Assembly (NCBI GenBank): GCA_951406725.2
Contig: OX597830.1
Coordinates: forward strand, 71,362,001-71,426,000
DNA length: 64,000 bases
Origin: Octopus vulgaris
Lineage: Eukaryota
Direction of reading: 5' to 3'
Shown here piece by piece: positions 14,976-29,470 of this stretch. The notes beneath the pieces are model-generated. The model did not search any database, had not been told where the DNA came from, and saw only the letters and a program-made list of their open reading frames with translations. The position numbers were made by a program, and so were the translations under genes. Position 1 is the stretch's first letter. Every line of letters starts with the position of its first letter.

Positions 14976-15258
14976 TATGTAAATATACATACACGTTTAT
15001 ATATATATATACGTATATACCATGTTTCTATATGTGTTCACATATCTATACATACATATACAAATATATACATTTGTATAAGTCTGTGTGTATATGCATA
15101 CATATATATTCATATACATTTGTGCCAACATAAACTTATATATACAAGCGTGTATACATACATACATACATATATATATTCTATAAGTATATATGTATAT
15201 ATGTGGGTGTGTATAAGTATATATATATATGTGTATGTATGTCTCTCTCTCACTCTCT

Positions 15259-15361
<103 letters not shown>

Positions 15362-15438
15362 TTTTTGTTTACACGGTGTGGTTGAATATGTTGCTATTTG
15401 TTGTCATCGTTTATTACTATTAGTATTACAACTAACAA

Positions 15439-15484
<46 letters not shown>

Positions 15485-15799
15485 GTTGTTGTTGTTGTTG
15501 TTGTTGTTTCCATTGTTACTGTTCTCTTTGTATTTGTCGTTCTTAGCAGTAGTTATTGTTGTTGTTGTTGTTGTTGTTGTTGCTTGTTATTGTTATTGGA
15601 CCTCCATCTGGCCTCGCTCTTCAATAACTGACGTTTTAGTTGACTCTTTATGGCTGTTGCTGCATCAAATATACATTCACATGCGTTTATTATCTACGTA
15701 AAATGAATTTAAATGCTTCGCACAATAAACTATGTCACAAGTTGGAATAAAATCTAATGAAATCGATCTCGTTACTACTACTACTACTACTACTACTAT

Positions 15800-15852
<53 letters not shown>

Positions 15853-15962
15853 GTTTGCATATAGCCTTAGTTTTTAAACAATGATTAAAATAAATTTGTT
15901 ACTGTATAAAACAAAAACTGGAAACGAAACGGAAAAGAATTGATCGCAACTGGCGATTCGCA

Positions 15963-16029
<67 letters not shown>

Positions 16030-16532
16030 TGCGTGTGTGTGTGCGTGTGTGTGTGTGTGTGTGTATCCAAACGTTCAATTACTTACACTGGTTGTGAATA
16101 TTTACTTCTTCATTAAATATCAAGTTAACATATCATCAATGCTATATGGTTTTGGTGTTTAACGAGATGACCATATTCTAAGAATGTATGAATTAATCGC
16201 AAACAGCCTCTAATTTCGGCTACTAAAAATACTTGTTTAACGCTACTGGTTTGGAAAATTCTTTCTATTGGCTGAAAGCAATTTTGTTCTGACATGAGTA
16301 GAAGAAACTTTCCTACGCATTCATCACCATATCTAGTGGTAATTACAAAATATAAAATGAGGCGAATACATATATATATTTGAGTAGTTGAATGAATTAT
16401 CTTATTATGGATAATTCGGTTAACCGATACCTGGGTAGCAAATTCACGTCAGAAATTAGGAATATGCAGCCTTCGAAACATATGTCGAAAATAAAAGAAT
16501 TTTGTTAATTCTTCGTTCAACTCCATTCTTTC

Positions 16533-16587
<55 letters not shown>

Positions 16588-16661
16588 CATACATATACAT
16601 ACACACATATACATACATATACATACATATATGTATATGTATATGTATATCTATCTATCTA

Positions 16662-16709
<48 letters not shown>

Positions 16710-16712
<3 letters not shown>

Positions 16713-16877
16713 GAGCAGGAGTGGCTGCGTGGTAAGTAGCTTGCATACCAATGACATGGTTCCGGTTTCAGTCCCACTACGTAGCAGATTGGGCAAGTGT
16801 CTTCTTCTATAGCATCGGGCCGATCAAAGCCCTGGGTGTGGATTTGGTAGACGGAAACGTAAAGAAGCCCGCCGTAT

Positions 16878-16911
<34 letters not shown>

Positions 16912-17123
16912 GCGTATGTTTGTATGTATATGTTTGTGTGTCTGTGTTTGTCCCCCACCTTCGCTTGACACCAAGACACCGATGCTGGTGTGTTTACGTC
17001 CCCGTTACTTAGTGACAGAATAAGTACTAGGCTTACAAAGAATAATTCGTGGGGGTCGATTTTTTTGACTAAAGGTGGTGCTCCATCATAGCTGCAGTTA
17101 AATGACTGAAACAAATAAAAGAA
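16710..17123 (+). mobile_element. SINE family A
   Basis: Head, microsatellite and tail all present. Confidence 0.88.
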
Positions 17124-18557
17124 TCTCTCTCTCTGTCTGTCTGACTGTCTGTCTCTCTTTCTCTCTCTCTCTCTACACACACATATATATATATATGTAT
17201 TTATATGGAAACAGACAGACATATAGATAAACACGTGCACATGTATATACATGCAAACACACGAGCGCACACACACACACAGATATATATATAGAAGAGG
17301 GGCTTCCACTTTTGCCTTTCTAACTCACTCAGAAAGCATTGGACGATATAGAGTTAGAGTAGAAGACAGAAGGTCAAATAGTTACGCAGTTATATTGAAC
17401 ATTAAATCCTGTTGTCTTGAATCAGAATTCTCAACCTCAGACCGGTTTAATCAATTGAACAATCACTGCATGCATTTCACTAAAGTATCATATATTTCTT
17501 TATGCCAAGAAAATTTGGACAGCTTCTTCAAAGTTTCAAACTAGTTATTTTCGCCGGACTGTAAGGTACTTCTGGGTTTCGGAGCAAAGTATCTAGCCAC
17601 ACTGTCAACAGTTTTCTACAATAAATACCATAATATAAAGGAAAAGGCTGATAATGTCTTCGACGTTTCGGATTACTTTCCTTTGCAAGTCGATAGGGTA
17701 TATTTGGTATTTCGAGACTAAAATATATGTTTGGTGCAAGTTATGGATTAAATAATGTGGCTGAAAATAAGTGTGATATATTTGTGTATTATTTGAGGAA
17801 AATAAAGAAATGCATTTTTTCATAGCTTCAATGGGCGGGCGAGAATATTTATCTTGTAGCGAAAACAGATGAATAAAAACGGAAGTAAGAATCAGAAAAA
17901 AGAATGCAAAGGGTTATGAGTTGATGGTGGTGGAAGGGCGGGGGGAGAAACAATAAAACGCCAAAAGTAAAATGTTTAACAAATTTCTGGAAAAGTCTGA
18001 ATTAAACTCCATTTTTGACTGGCCATATGTAAGTTAAGGATAACGATGATGATGATGTGGATGTGGAAGCGTGATTATAAAAATTAATACTGATAATAAG
18101 TATTATGATACCACGACGCTGGTGTTGAATCTAATGAAGATATACACAATATCGTTTTCATTATGTAGCTTATATTATTCTAACAGAAATATTAAAAAAA
18201 AGAAACCCCGAAAAATCTCAATACTACGAGTATCTCCTTTTGGACTGATTATTTATTACAACTCTTTGCCCATCCCTCTATATCCATATACCGTTAATTG
18301 TTTGAAACTATACATTAATTTATAATTTTCACGATATTGATTCCATTTTCTCCTTTATTTCTGTCATTCTTTTATTTCCTTAATTCTCTCCAACACGCAT
18401 TGATTAAAAATAAAATATAAATGAAACGAGAATAAAACATGAAAAATACATTTGGGTTTTGCTTCCACGCACGCGGAAGACAGTAAGTGGGCTAAATCTA
18501 GTTACAGTAAGTATCAAGTGTCGCTACATAACCACTGTTCGTCGTGTGTTTCATTAT

Positions 18558-18925
18558 ACTCTTACTCTTTTACTCTTTTACTCTTTTACTTGTTTCAGTC
18601 ATTTGACTGCGGCCATGCTGGGGCACCGCCTTTAGTCGAGCAACTCGACCCCGGGACTTATTCTTTGTAAGCCCAGTACTTATTCTATCGGTGTCTTTTG
18701 TCGAACCGCTAAGTGACGGCGACATAAACACACCACCATCGGTTGTCAAGCAATGCTAGGGGGACAAACACAGATACACAAACATACACGCACATACATA
18801 TATATACATATATACAACGGGCTTCTTTCAGTTTCCGTCTACCAAATCCACTCACAAGGCTTTGGTCGGCCCGAGGCTATAGTAGAAGACACTTACCCAA
18901 GGTGCCACGCAGTGGGACTGAACCC
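18558..18925 (-). mobile_element. SINE family A, 5' truncated, young-looking, (TAAAAGAG)n tail
   Basis: Close match to other copies; TACTCTTT repeats at 18558-18590. Confidence 0.9.
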
Positions 18926-19815
18926 ATTACTTATTTTATAATGTTTTAATTTGTCCCCATTGCAATTCTATTTTGCCCGAATCAGTGAATTGGTGTACCA
19001 GACAAACACTTGTCAACATATCGGACAGAAGTCTTGGGGCATTTCTTTCGATTTCAAATTCCGCCGCGATCGACTTTGATTCCATATTTTAGAAATCGGT
19101 AAACTAATTAACAATCAACAAATGGAGGCGATGTCCTTGGTTACTCCCCTATCACTAATTGCTAGTCTTGTGACAAAACTTGTAAACAATTATTAAGTGG
19201 CGAGCGGAACGAATCGTATAAATAGTGGACAAAATTCTTCGCAGCGTTTCGTCAATCTTTATGTTCCATGTTTAAATTCTATCGACTTTAGCTTTGTCTT
19301 TCATCCTTTCGGGGTCGATAAAATAATTTCTTGTTCAGCCCTAGTGTTATTAATCGACTAAGCCCCTCCAACGAACTGTCAGGCCTTGTGCCTTTAGAAA
19401 AAAAAGGATTATTGATATTCGCATTTAACTTTTACATTTTTCAATCGGTTTTTCGCCTACACACATACACACACACATTTGTATACGTGTGTGTGTGTAT
19501 GTATATATGTGTGGGGGGGTGTACATATGCGTGGCTGTGCGGTAAGAAGTTTACTTCCCAATCACATTGTTCTTCCAGGTTCAGCCCGACTGAACAACTT
19601 TGGCAAGCGGTTTCTACTATAGGCAGACACAATCTGACCAAAGCCTCGAGAGTAGATTCAGTAGACGGAAACTGAAAGAAGCCTGTCGTATATATCTGTA
19701 TATATATCTATGTGTCTGTGTTCGTTCCCCACTTTATGTTACAAAAATGAAAAAAAAATTAAAAATAAAAAGATATATATATATATATGTATATATATCT
19801 TTTTATTTTATATAT

Positions 19816-19991
19816 AGGCGTGGATGTGAGGTAAGAAGCTTGCTTCCTAACCACAATGTTCCGAGTTCAGTCCCACTGCACCGAACCTTGAGGAATTGTC
19901 TTCTACTATAGTCTCGGGCCGACCAAAGCCTTGTGAGTGGAAATGGTAGGCGGAAACTGAATGAAGACCGTCGTATACCTCTCTCTCTCTC

Positions 19992-20024
<33 letters not shown>

Positions 20025-20280
20025 ATGTGTGTGTGTGTGTGTGTGTATTTGTATCTGAGTTCGTCCCCCCACACCTTACCTTGACAACCGATGTTGCTGT
20101 GCTTATGTCCCCGTAACTTTGCGGTTCGCCAAAAACGAAGAATCAAATAAATACAAGGCGTAGCAAAATAATTAAGTACTGGGATCGATTCATTCGACTA
20201 AAGATTCTTCAAGGTGGCGCCCCATCATGGCTGCAGTCTAATGACTGAAGCATGTGATAGAATAACAGAATAAAAGAATA
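19816..20280 (+). mobile_element. SINE family A, diverged
   Basis: Head, microsatellite and tail recognisable. Confidence 0.8.
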
Positions 20281-20743
20281 CATATATGTATATTACTTTC
20301 TTTCTCCGTCTTATAAATTCCCTTAGCATTATTTTCTTCTATACATTATTCTTCCGTCCCTGCCCATTAATATACAATATAAATTATTGTAGATATCTGG
20401 CGAAACATCTTGACGTATAAAATATTCGCATTTTATATTGAAGGAATCTTTATTGCTTATGTTGTTTTAGTTAAGGATTGCTGGAAAGGCCTCTTTTTAA
20501 ACTTTGCTTTCTTTTCTTTTTCTTTTTTTTTTTTTTAAACACAACTATATTTAGCTAATATCTCAAGCACAGAATAGACAGGAAAATAATGCACGCGCGT
20601 GCAAAGCGTGTGTATAATAAACCACTTTCATTTTTTTACAGACTCATAATTTAGAAAACAAAGATTTAAAGAAAATTCATTTGCTAACTCCGCCATACAG
20701 CACTATGGCGCTGAACTTAATTACTAGTGCGAAAAAATCCGGG

Positions 20744-20774
<31 letters not shown>

Positions 20775-20796
20775 TGTATGTATGTATGTATCTATA

Positions 20797-20879
<83 letters not shown>

Positions 20880-21859
20880 AGATTGATAGATACGGTATAC
20901 ATGCATACGCTTGGCTCTGTGGGTGCTTGTGTTCATTACCAACAACTTGTAAATGTCATTTCACTTATCTTTTGTATAAATCTAGGCAAAGTGGCAAAAC
21001 TAGCAAGCGAAGCAATTTCATGAAAAAAGACCTTTAATGAGTCATTCAACCTCCTAAAGAAAGGAGCAGCCAAATTTTCTTTAGATTATATCCTGTTCTC
21101 ATTTAAACTGAACGAGCTATTGGACAATGTACTCTTACTTATTTTGTATTTGGAAGAAAAGTATATATAGGCGCGTGAGTGGCCGTGGGGTAAGAAGTTT
21201 GTGTTCCAACCACATGATTCAGTGTTAAGTCCTACTGCATGGCAATGTGGGCATGTCTTCTACTATAGACTCGGACCAACCAAAGCTTTGTGAGTGGATC
21301 TGGCAGACAGAAACTAAAATAAATGAATAAAAGAATTATAAAAAGTAGGCACGATTTTCACTATGAGTATTCTATAGATCATTGTTCTACATGAGCAGAT
21401 GTGACATGATGTTAAACAGCAACTAAGGCAACATCAAAAATAATGCATTCTTCTATAAGCTCAAGTCCTGAAATTTTGTGGGAGGGAACTAATGCATTTT
21501 ATCAAGCACGGTGCTTGATCAGTAGTTGTGTATTTCTCTAAAACTATATACCTCGAGCAAGGCCTAGTGCTGCCATCTCTAGCCAAGGTTAGTCTGTGCC
21601 AATGAAGGGAAATAACCGAAAAACCTTAAAAGCTACCGTTTAAGGCTGAGTGGTAACATTAGCTCCTTTCTTCGAGGTATAAGGACGCAGTTGTGTGTCG
21701 ATAGCCAGCTGGAAAAGATGTTTTCAAGGGGCTAAAATATAAGATAGTAACACCGTCCTAATCAGGACTGCCACTTTACGTTGGCAAATAGTACTACTCT
21801 ATAGTACTGTTACTACTTATTTCTTGCTCAGAGATGTAAAAGTAATTGTTTTTCTCCTA

Positions 21860-21904
<45 letters not shown>

Positions 21905-22818
21905 AAGATGTGTTATAACACTATTCCACAGCCATACCAACAATCTAACATACCTCCATCATCAGCTGCATCACGGATGTCCTTATGGTTTCGACACTTG
22001 GCCAGTACCATTCAATCCGGCGATGTCAACAGCACTAAAATCAGTGTTGTTTGGAAACAAACAAGACAAAGAGACCACAACATTCAAACACATTCCCACT
22101 ATGTACAACCGTATCAGTAAATAAATTCTCTAAGTAAATTACAACCATCTTCTAAATACGTAACTAAACAGCGACAAACTATTAAGTCTTACAAAAATTA
22201 AAATTCCTACTGTCTTCCATAGTATAATATAAAAGTGAAAGCTTAACAACCACATTCATTCAATCAATTTATTTGCAGGATTAAACACTAACTTTAATAA
22301 AACTACAACAAAGAAGTATAAACCAATGTACAATATATCGGTAATAATAATAAACTGCATCAACTAAATTATGTGCTAAATCGCGACCACTCTTTACGTC
22401 CATACAAATAATAATCCCACCAGTCTTCCATAGTTACTACTAGAATGAAAGTTAAGTCTTTATATAAATCTCTCTAAATCAAAACAAACACGATTGAAAT
22501 TAATTTAAGTAATAACAGTAATGAGTGAAATACATTATTTTATCGTTCAAAAGTTAATAAAATTCTATATACTCATTAACATATCACTACTACAAGCTAT
22601 AATATTAAATTATCAGTAACTAATAGAAACATTAGATTTCTTTAAATAAGAACTAATAAAAGTACTTGTAATAAACTATTATTATTAAACTTTGCTATGT
22701 TTAAAGCTAATCAAAACTGTTTAAAAGATAATAAAACTACAAACATTAACACTTACATATATATATATATTTATATAACATTTATATATATAATATATAA
22801 ATATATATATACATTCTG

Positions 22819-22852
<34 letters not shown>

Positions 22853-22865
22853 ACATACACACACG

Positions 22866-22920
<55 letters not shown>

Positions 22921-23450
22921 GGCAAATAAGAAAATGGAGAGTATACAAAATCGACAGACATCAGCCGGTAAACTTTCTAGTATATCTATTTATTCTCATG
23001 TATTAGATGAATACATACACATTTATTAGTGGTACAGAATATTAAAGAGAATGAGATGGCAATTGCAAGAACAAGGGTGTGGAATCATATAATCATATAG
23101 GAACAGATGATTAATTAAGTAAATGAGCAAATTAGCAGATTGTCAGTAGTTGCTAGATCCTTACGGCCGTTTCTGCCGAGAGGCAACGAAATCTTCTAGG
23201 TTATCTCCATTCTTCAGTGTTATTTAGGGATGAGCAGGTAAGGCTTGGATAATGAATGTGCCTCTAGGCTTCTTCAGAGGGTCAAAGTGGTTGGGAGAGC
23301 TAACATAAATGAAAAACAGTTAATAATTGCTACAGTTTGTCTTTTTAAAAAAGGGTAGAGAAGGAGTAGGAGTAAGAATAAGAACAAACATGAGGATGTG
23401 AGTGAAGTACATCTTAATGTATTGATTTGAGTATAGTAAGGGGTAATGAT
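22921..23450 (-). mobile_element. Probable Penelope-like pseudo-LTR remnant beside (TA)n
   Basis: Begins at the TA tract edge and contains an HHR; right boundary uncertain. Confidence 0.5.
23156..23283 (-). ncRNA. Type I hammerhead ribozyme with long stem II and 73-nt loop
   Basis: GACCCT-CTGAAGA-A-GCCTAGAGGCA-(73 nt)-TGCCTCTCGGC-A-GAAAC-GGCC-GTA-AGGATC. Confidence 0.7.
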
Positions 23451-23499
23451 TTGTGTACAGAGTGGTATACAAGAAAAGGCATAAGTAATGAACCTCAGT

Positions 23500-23820
23500 A
23501 CTTACTTTTAAAATATATATTCTTTTGGCTTATTTTGTCGAACCGCTAAGTTGCATGCACTTAAACACACCGAAACCAGTTGTCAAGCAGTAGGTGGGCG
23601 TGTGGGGAAGCACTTACACACTCACATGTATGTGTGTGTGTATATGTATGTATGTTTGCATGTACTTCGGGCTTCTTTCAGTTTCCATCTACCAAATCCA
23701 CTCACAAATGTTTGGTCGGCCCGAGGCTATAGTAGAAAACACTTGCCCAAGTTGCCACACAGTGGGACTAAACCTGAAACCTCGTGATTTTTAAGGAATA
23801 TTCTTACACAGCCACGCCTG
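23500..23820 (-). mobile_element. SINE family A, diverged
   Basis: GGGCTTCTTTCAGTTTCC...GGCCCGAGGCTATAGTAGAA. Confidence 0.8.
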
Positions 23821-25345
23821 TACCTTTTATATATGTAATATAATATCATATTGTGTTATATCATATTATACACGCATTACACAATCACTTTGGCAAAATG
23901 CATAGCTACATTTATATAAAATTTTTATTCTGATATCTGATAAATCGTGGCGAGATTGAACTTTCCTTTCATGAATTGGAGGTGGGTTTCAATACACTGA
24001 ATATGAAGTGTTGGATTCTCTATAGACAGCTTCTCAAAATCCTAAAATATGTTGCCGCGTGACCCTGTTGGAAACCTTTGTTAAGTTACCCATCTCTGAT
24101 TCAATAGGTCAACCAGCGTAGGATAATCAGTATTTGGTGGTTCGCTTATGGTTCGTTCCTTTGCACTACGTTTATTATTTGCCAAGAATGTTAGCCATAT
24201 CAGCTGTTCAGTTCATCAATCTATAAAAATCACCACAAACCAAAACCAGTCCGTTGTTGGACTACATGTTCTAATATGTTATATGTACTCAGTTTACTTA
24301 TTTGTGTAAATGTCCGGTAGATTAAAATTAGCCAAGTTTAATTCTTGATACCTTAACTATTATTACTTAATTTACCTACCTGTAAATAGGACGTGTAGAG
24401 TTAAATTACTCATAAAAGAAAACATGTCACTACTATGAAACTGTTCAGTGAGTGATGTGTTCGGAGGTCATTGCTGTACATATATATGCAATTCTGGACA
24501 AGAATTTAACTGTTTATGAAGAAGACAATCAACAGTCCATACATGCGGACGTGGGCCGACACAACTGCTCGTCAACGATCTTGCTATGAAAAGGTAAAGA
24601 GACGGAACAGTTACCGCGAGGGTCTCGCCGATTTTTCTAGCAGTTCCACTAATCCATCACCCCAATTGGTAGTTTCTAATCGAAAGATAAAAGGCAAAGA
24701 TGTCCTCAGTGGGATTTGAACTCAAAGTTTACAAAGTCAGAACAAATATTGTAAGGCACTTTTCGAAAAAAATACCGTCGACTCCACAAATTTGCCGCCT
24801 GCCGCGTGAATATCAGACGCCATATTTTGTTTTGATAAGTCACCGAAATATTTCTATTGCTTTCATTTTTAATTACCATTTTCAATTTGATAAAGAAATT
24901 TGATTCAGCCTAAGACTTACTTTCTGCTAAAAGTAATTTACTTTTACAACATTTCCAGAATTGCTTCGCGTTCTGGGATTTATTCTATTTCTAAAGTCTC
25001 AAGTAAAATCTTAGCTGTCACTCGTAAGCAAGTGTGACCTTGTTTTGAGTTTACGTAGTTGTGAGCGGACATAGACACCATATCAGCTTCTTGTCCGTCA
25101 TCCAGTAGATCACCAAGGATGTGAAATCTGGAGAGACATACAAACTACCAACAAGCTTGAACACAGTTACAACTTTACTTATTTACCAACGCGTTTACGA
25201 TTTTACCAGGTTGTCACCTTCTTACTAAAATTATGGATCTTCAAATGATAGATTTGAACTGGAAGCATTCTCATACGAAACGCGCTATTGGTTGTTACCA
25301 AAACCAACGCACACTGTTTCTGCTTATGCAATAAATCTTTAACTT

Positions 25346-25404
<59 letters not shown>

Positions 25405-25424
25405 CAACAACAACAACAATGATA

Positions 25425-25645
25425 ACTATCCTCTCTATTAAAGGCACAAGGCTTGAAATTATTGGGGAGGGGTATAAGTCGATTTGATTGATACCAGTGC
25501 GTAACTGGTACTTATTTCATTGACACCGAAAGAATGAAAGGCAATTCGACCTCGGTGGACTTTGAACTCAGAATATAAAGACAGACGAAACGCCGCTTAG
25601 CATTTTGTCCGGCGTGCTAACGATTCTGCTAGCTCACCGCCTTAA
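25425..25645 (-). mobile_element. SINE family B with (AAT)n-associated tail
   Basis: Family B head and central block in reverse. Confidence 0.8.
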
Positions 25646-25668
25646 TAATGCTGCTGTTGACAATCATA

Positions 25669-25754
<86 letters not shown>

Positions 25755-25788
25755 GATGTTGATGATATGTGAATGTGTGATGATAATC

Positions 25789-25826
<38 letters not shown>

Positions 25827-26180
25827 AATGTGTTGATGTTGATGATAATGATGTTGATGATGAATGATAGTAAACTTGGTGTGTTGTCGACATGGTAAGA
25901 TTGTTATATTTTAAGTTACGTATTCTAGGCTTTTATGTTGAATTTATTTACAGTTAAAGAAATATAAGATTATTTATCGTGGACCACATCTCTCATTTGA
26001 ATTTGAAAGACTGGGATCATGGGCGTTATATGATGACAGCAATATGTATTATGTGTGTGTGTGTGTGTGTGTGTGAGTGTGTGTGTATGTGTGTGTATGC
26101 GAGTGTGTGTGTGTGAGTGCATGTTTATGTACAGGCGCCTGCTGTATGTATGTATGTATGTATGTATGTATGTATGTGTA

Positions 26181-26239
<59 letters not shown>

Positions 26240-26295
26240 TTGTTCCACGTCCACGCGTTGTTCTGTTTGCTCTTTGTGTTTTAATGTTTGGATTA

Positions 26296-26353
<58 letters not shown>

Positions 26354-26760
26354 GCAAATTTCAGCACATAAATATATACACATATATATGCACACAGATG
26401 TATATATATACATACATACATAGGTACATACACACATACACATAGAGATAAGCACTTGTACGTACGTACATGTTGATAGCTGGAATAGCGGATAGGCTAG
26501 TAAATAGATAGACGGATATATATCAACGAGTTTGTTGGCCAATGGAAATATGTGGGTGCTTAAATGATTAACCAAGTTGTTTATTTAATTTCGTATCTGT
26601 ACTTAAAAATATTGCTTACATTAAAACATTCGATACCCAATTATGCTTCTCAGCAGTTTGAGTGGTTCATGTATAAACACAGAAACTAAGGCGTTTGGAT
26701 CAATGACGAAAACCCATCAACAACAAAACAAGCAGGACAATAATAATAATGATAATAATG

Positions 26761-26833
<73 letters not shown>

Positions 26834-26863
26834 TAATGATAATAACAATAATAATATTCTTTC

Positions 26864-27271
26864 ACTCTTTACTCTTTTACTTGTTTCTGTCATTTGACTG
26901 CGGCCATGCTGGTGCACTGCCTTTTAGTCGAGAAAATCGACCCCAGGACTTATTCTTTGTAAGCCTAGTACTTATTCTATTGGTCTTATTCTATTGGTCT
27001 TATTCTATTGGTCTCACCATCGGTTGTCAAGTGATGTTGGGGGGGACAAACACAGACACACAAACATATACACACAAACACACATACACATATATATATA
27101 CATATATATGACGGGTTTCTTTCAGTTTCCGTCTACCAAATCCACTCACAAGGCTTTGGTCGGCCCGAGGCTATAGTAGAAGACATTTGCCCAAGGTGCC
27201 ACGCAGTGGGAATGAACCCGGAACGATGTGGTTGTTAATCAAGCTACTTACCAAACAGCCACTCTGGCGCC

Positions 27272-27273
<2 letters not shown>
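26864..27273 (-). mobile_element. SINE family A with internal (CTTATTCTATTGGT)x3
   Basis: Full head and tail; 14-bp triplication at about 26971-27012 replaces part of the body. Confidence 0.88.
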
Positions 27274-27345
<72 letters not shown>

Positions 27346-27516
27346 TAATAAATCATTCTATTATAGCCACAAGGCTTGAATTCTTTGGTGGGAGGGCTAG
27401 TCGATTACATCGTCCCAGTATTCGACTGGTACTTATTTTATCGACCCCGAAATGATAAAAGGCGAATTCGACCTTGGCGGAATTTGAACTCAGAACGTAT
27501 AACAGAAATATTAATG

Positions 27517-27586
<70 letters not shown>

Positions 27587-28419
27587 TAATAATAATAATA
27601 ATAATGATAAAAATAAAAATAATAATAATAATAATATTAATAATAATAATAAAAGCGTAGTTTAAAAAAGTACGCTTTAATTAAAATTAGGAAATTCTGT
27701 TTTGATTCTTCCAACACAAACAAGAATGAAATTGTACATAACAATCACCACCACCACCACAACCACCACCACCACCGCCACCACCACCACAATTACCGCC
27801 ATCAGCGTTCCGTGTCAATATGTGATATTTCGAAGACATTTTGCACCATTAAACTGGTCTTTCGCTTGCTTGGTTCTTATGGTTAAATATTCCCAGACAT
27901 TTTGTACAACGGTATCACGTCCAAACTAGTATATCTTTTATGTTTTCTTTTCAGGAGTCCGTGTACAATCTGAACAGCTTACGATATCTTACCACTCTAT
28001 AAATCTCACTTTTATGTGCATGACGAAATATTTTTTTCACGCTCATATATTGAATGGCGCCTTTCCACTAAGACAAGTTATATATATTTTTTTTAAAAAC
28101 ACACCAGACGTACTTCAGAACTGTCTATATACACTCGTTGATAGGAACTGCCATTTTAGCTTTTTCTTCGTCTTTTTTTTTTTATCCGTGTACCTCACTC
28201 ACCACACAAGAAAACATATTTATTTGTTGATAATAGGTCAGTCGTTTCGTTAACGGGAAAAGAAAGGATTGTGTGTGTGTGTGTGAGTATGTGTGTATGT
28301 CTGTGGAAGTGTTTATAATACATACACACAAATATATAATATATATATATATATATATAATATACATACACACACACTCAGGCATATACACATGTTAAAT
28401 GTATGTATATACCTTCGTA

Positions 28420-28461
<42 letters not shown>

Positions 28462-28581
28462 GAGCTAATCTTATTATAAATATAAATATATATATATATA
28501 CGTCAGTATATATGTACGTATATATATATATATGTGTATGTATATGTGTGTATATAAATGTGTGTGTGCGTGTGTATGTGT

Positions 28582-28991
28582 ATACTCTTTTACTCTTTTA
28601 TCTGTTTCAGTCATTTTACTGTGGTCATGCTGGAGCACTGCCTTTTAGTTGAGCAAATCGACCCCAAGACTTATTCTTTGTAAGCCTGGTACTTATTCTA
28701 TCGATCTCTTTCGCCAAGCCGCTAAGTTACGGGGACGGAAACACACCAACATCGGTTGTCAAGCGATGGTGGATGGACAAACACAGACACACAAACGTAT
28801 ACAGACATACATATACATACATATATATGTATATATAGATATAGATAGATAGATATACATACATACGACGAGCTTCTTTGGTCGGCCCGAAGCTATAGTA
28901 AAAGACACTTGCTCAAGGTGTCACGCAGTGGATTGAACCCAGAGTCATGAGGTTGGTAAGCAAGCTACTTACCACAAAGCCACTTCTACGC

Positions 28992-28995
<4 letters not shown>
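28582..28995 (-). mobile_element. SINE family A with internal deletion
   Basis: Family A tail and head in reverse. Confidence 0.85.
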
Positions 28996-29029
<34 letters not shown>

Positions 29030-29109
29030 TAATAAATGAATAATACATATGCATATATACATACATATATGTACGTACCTACCTCTACATGTATATATAT
29101 GGATATATG

Positions 29110-29470
29110 GATACAGGACACCAAAAAAACGTCGAACACAATGAGAAACGAAAACATAAACACAAAAACAAGGAAATGGACATATTTTTAAACAACGAAA
29201 AAATAGAGTCCAGGACATACAAAACAAGGAAAATTCCCCTTCTTCAGTCGCCTTAGATTCATCTACTCCACGTTTCGAACGTCAATGCGATACATGACTT
29301 CAATGAAAATTTCCTTCCCGCGAAAATCAAATTAAATAAAATTTGAGATTTTTTTGCGGAGGGGTAAAAATGGTAACAAAAACAGGACAGTAACGACAAT
29401 ACAAAATATAAACAGTAAAAGACAGGACACGGAGAATAACAGTAACACAAACAAGAAGGGCTGTTAAGCC
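29110..29470 (-). mobile_element. Possible Penelope-like pseudo-LTR remnant
   Basis: Strongly A-skewed, next to TA-rich repeat; minus strand has CGAAAC and CTGAAGA half-motifs. Confidence 0.35.

Noticed and set aside
21900-22760. Mitochondrial insertion (NUMT)
   Set aside because: Skew is suggestive, but no mitochondrial gene, rRNA or tRNA motif was recognised
27935-27960. Strong splice-acceptor-like TTTTCTTTTCAG
   Set aside because: No matching donor or coding frame; such motifs are common in AT-rich DNA
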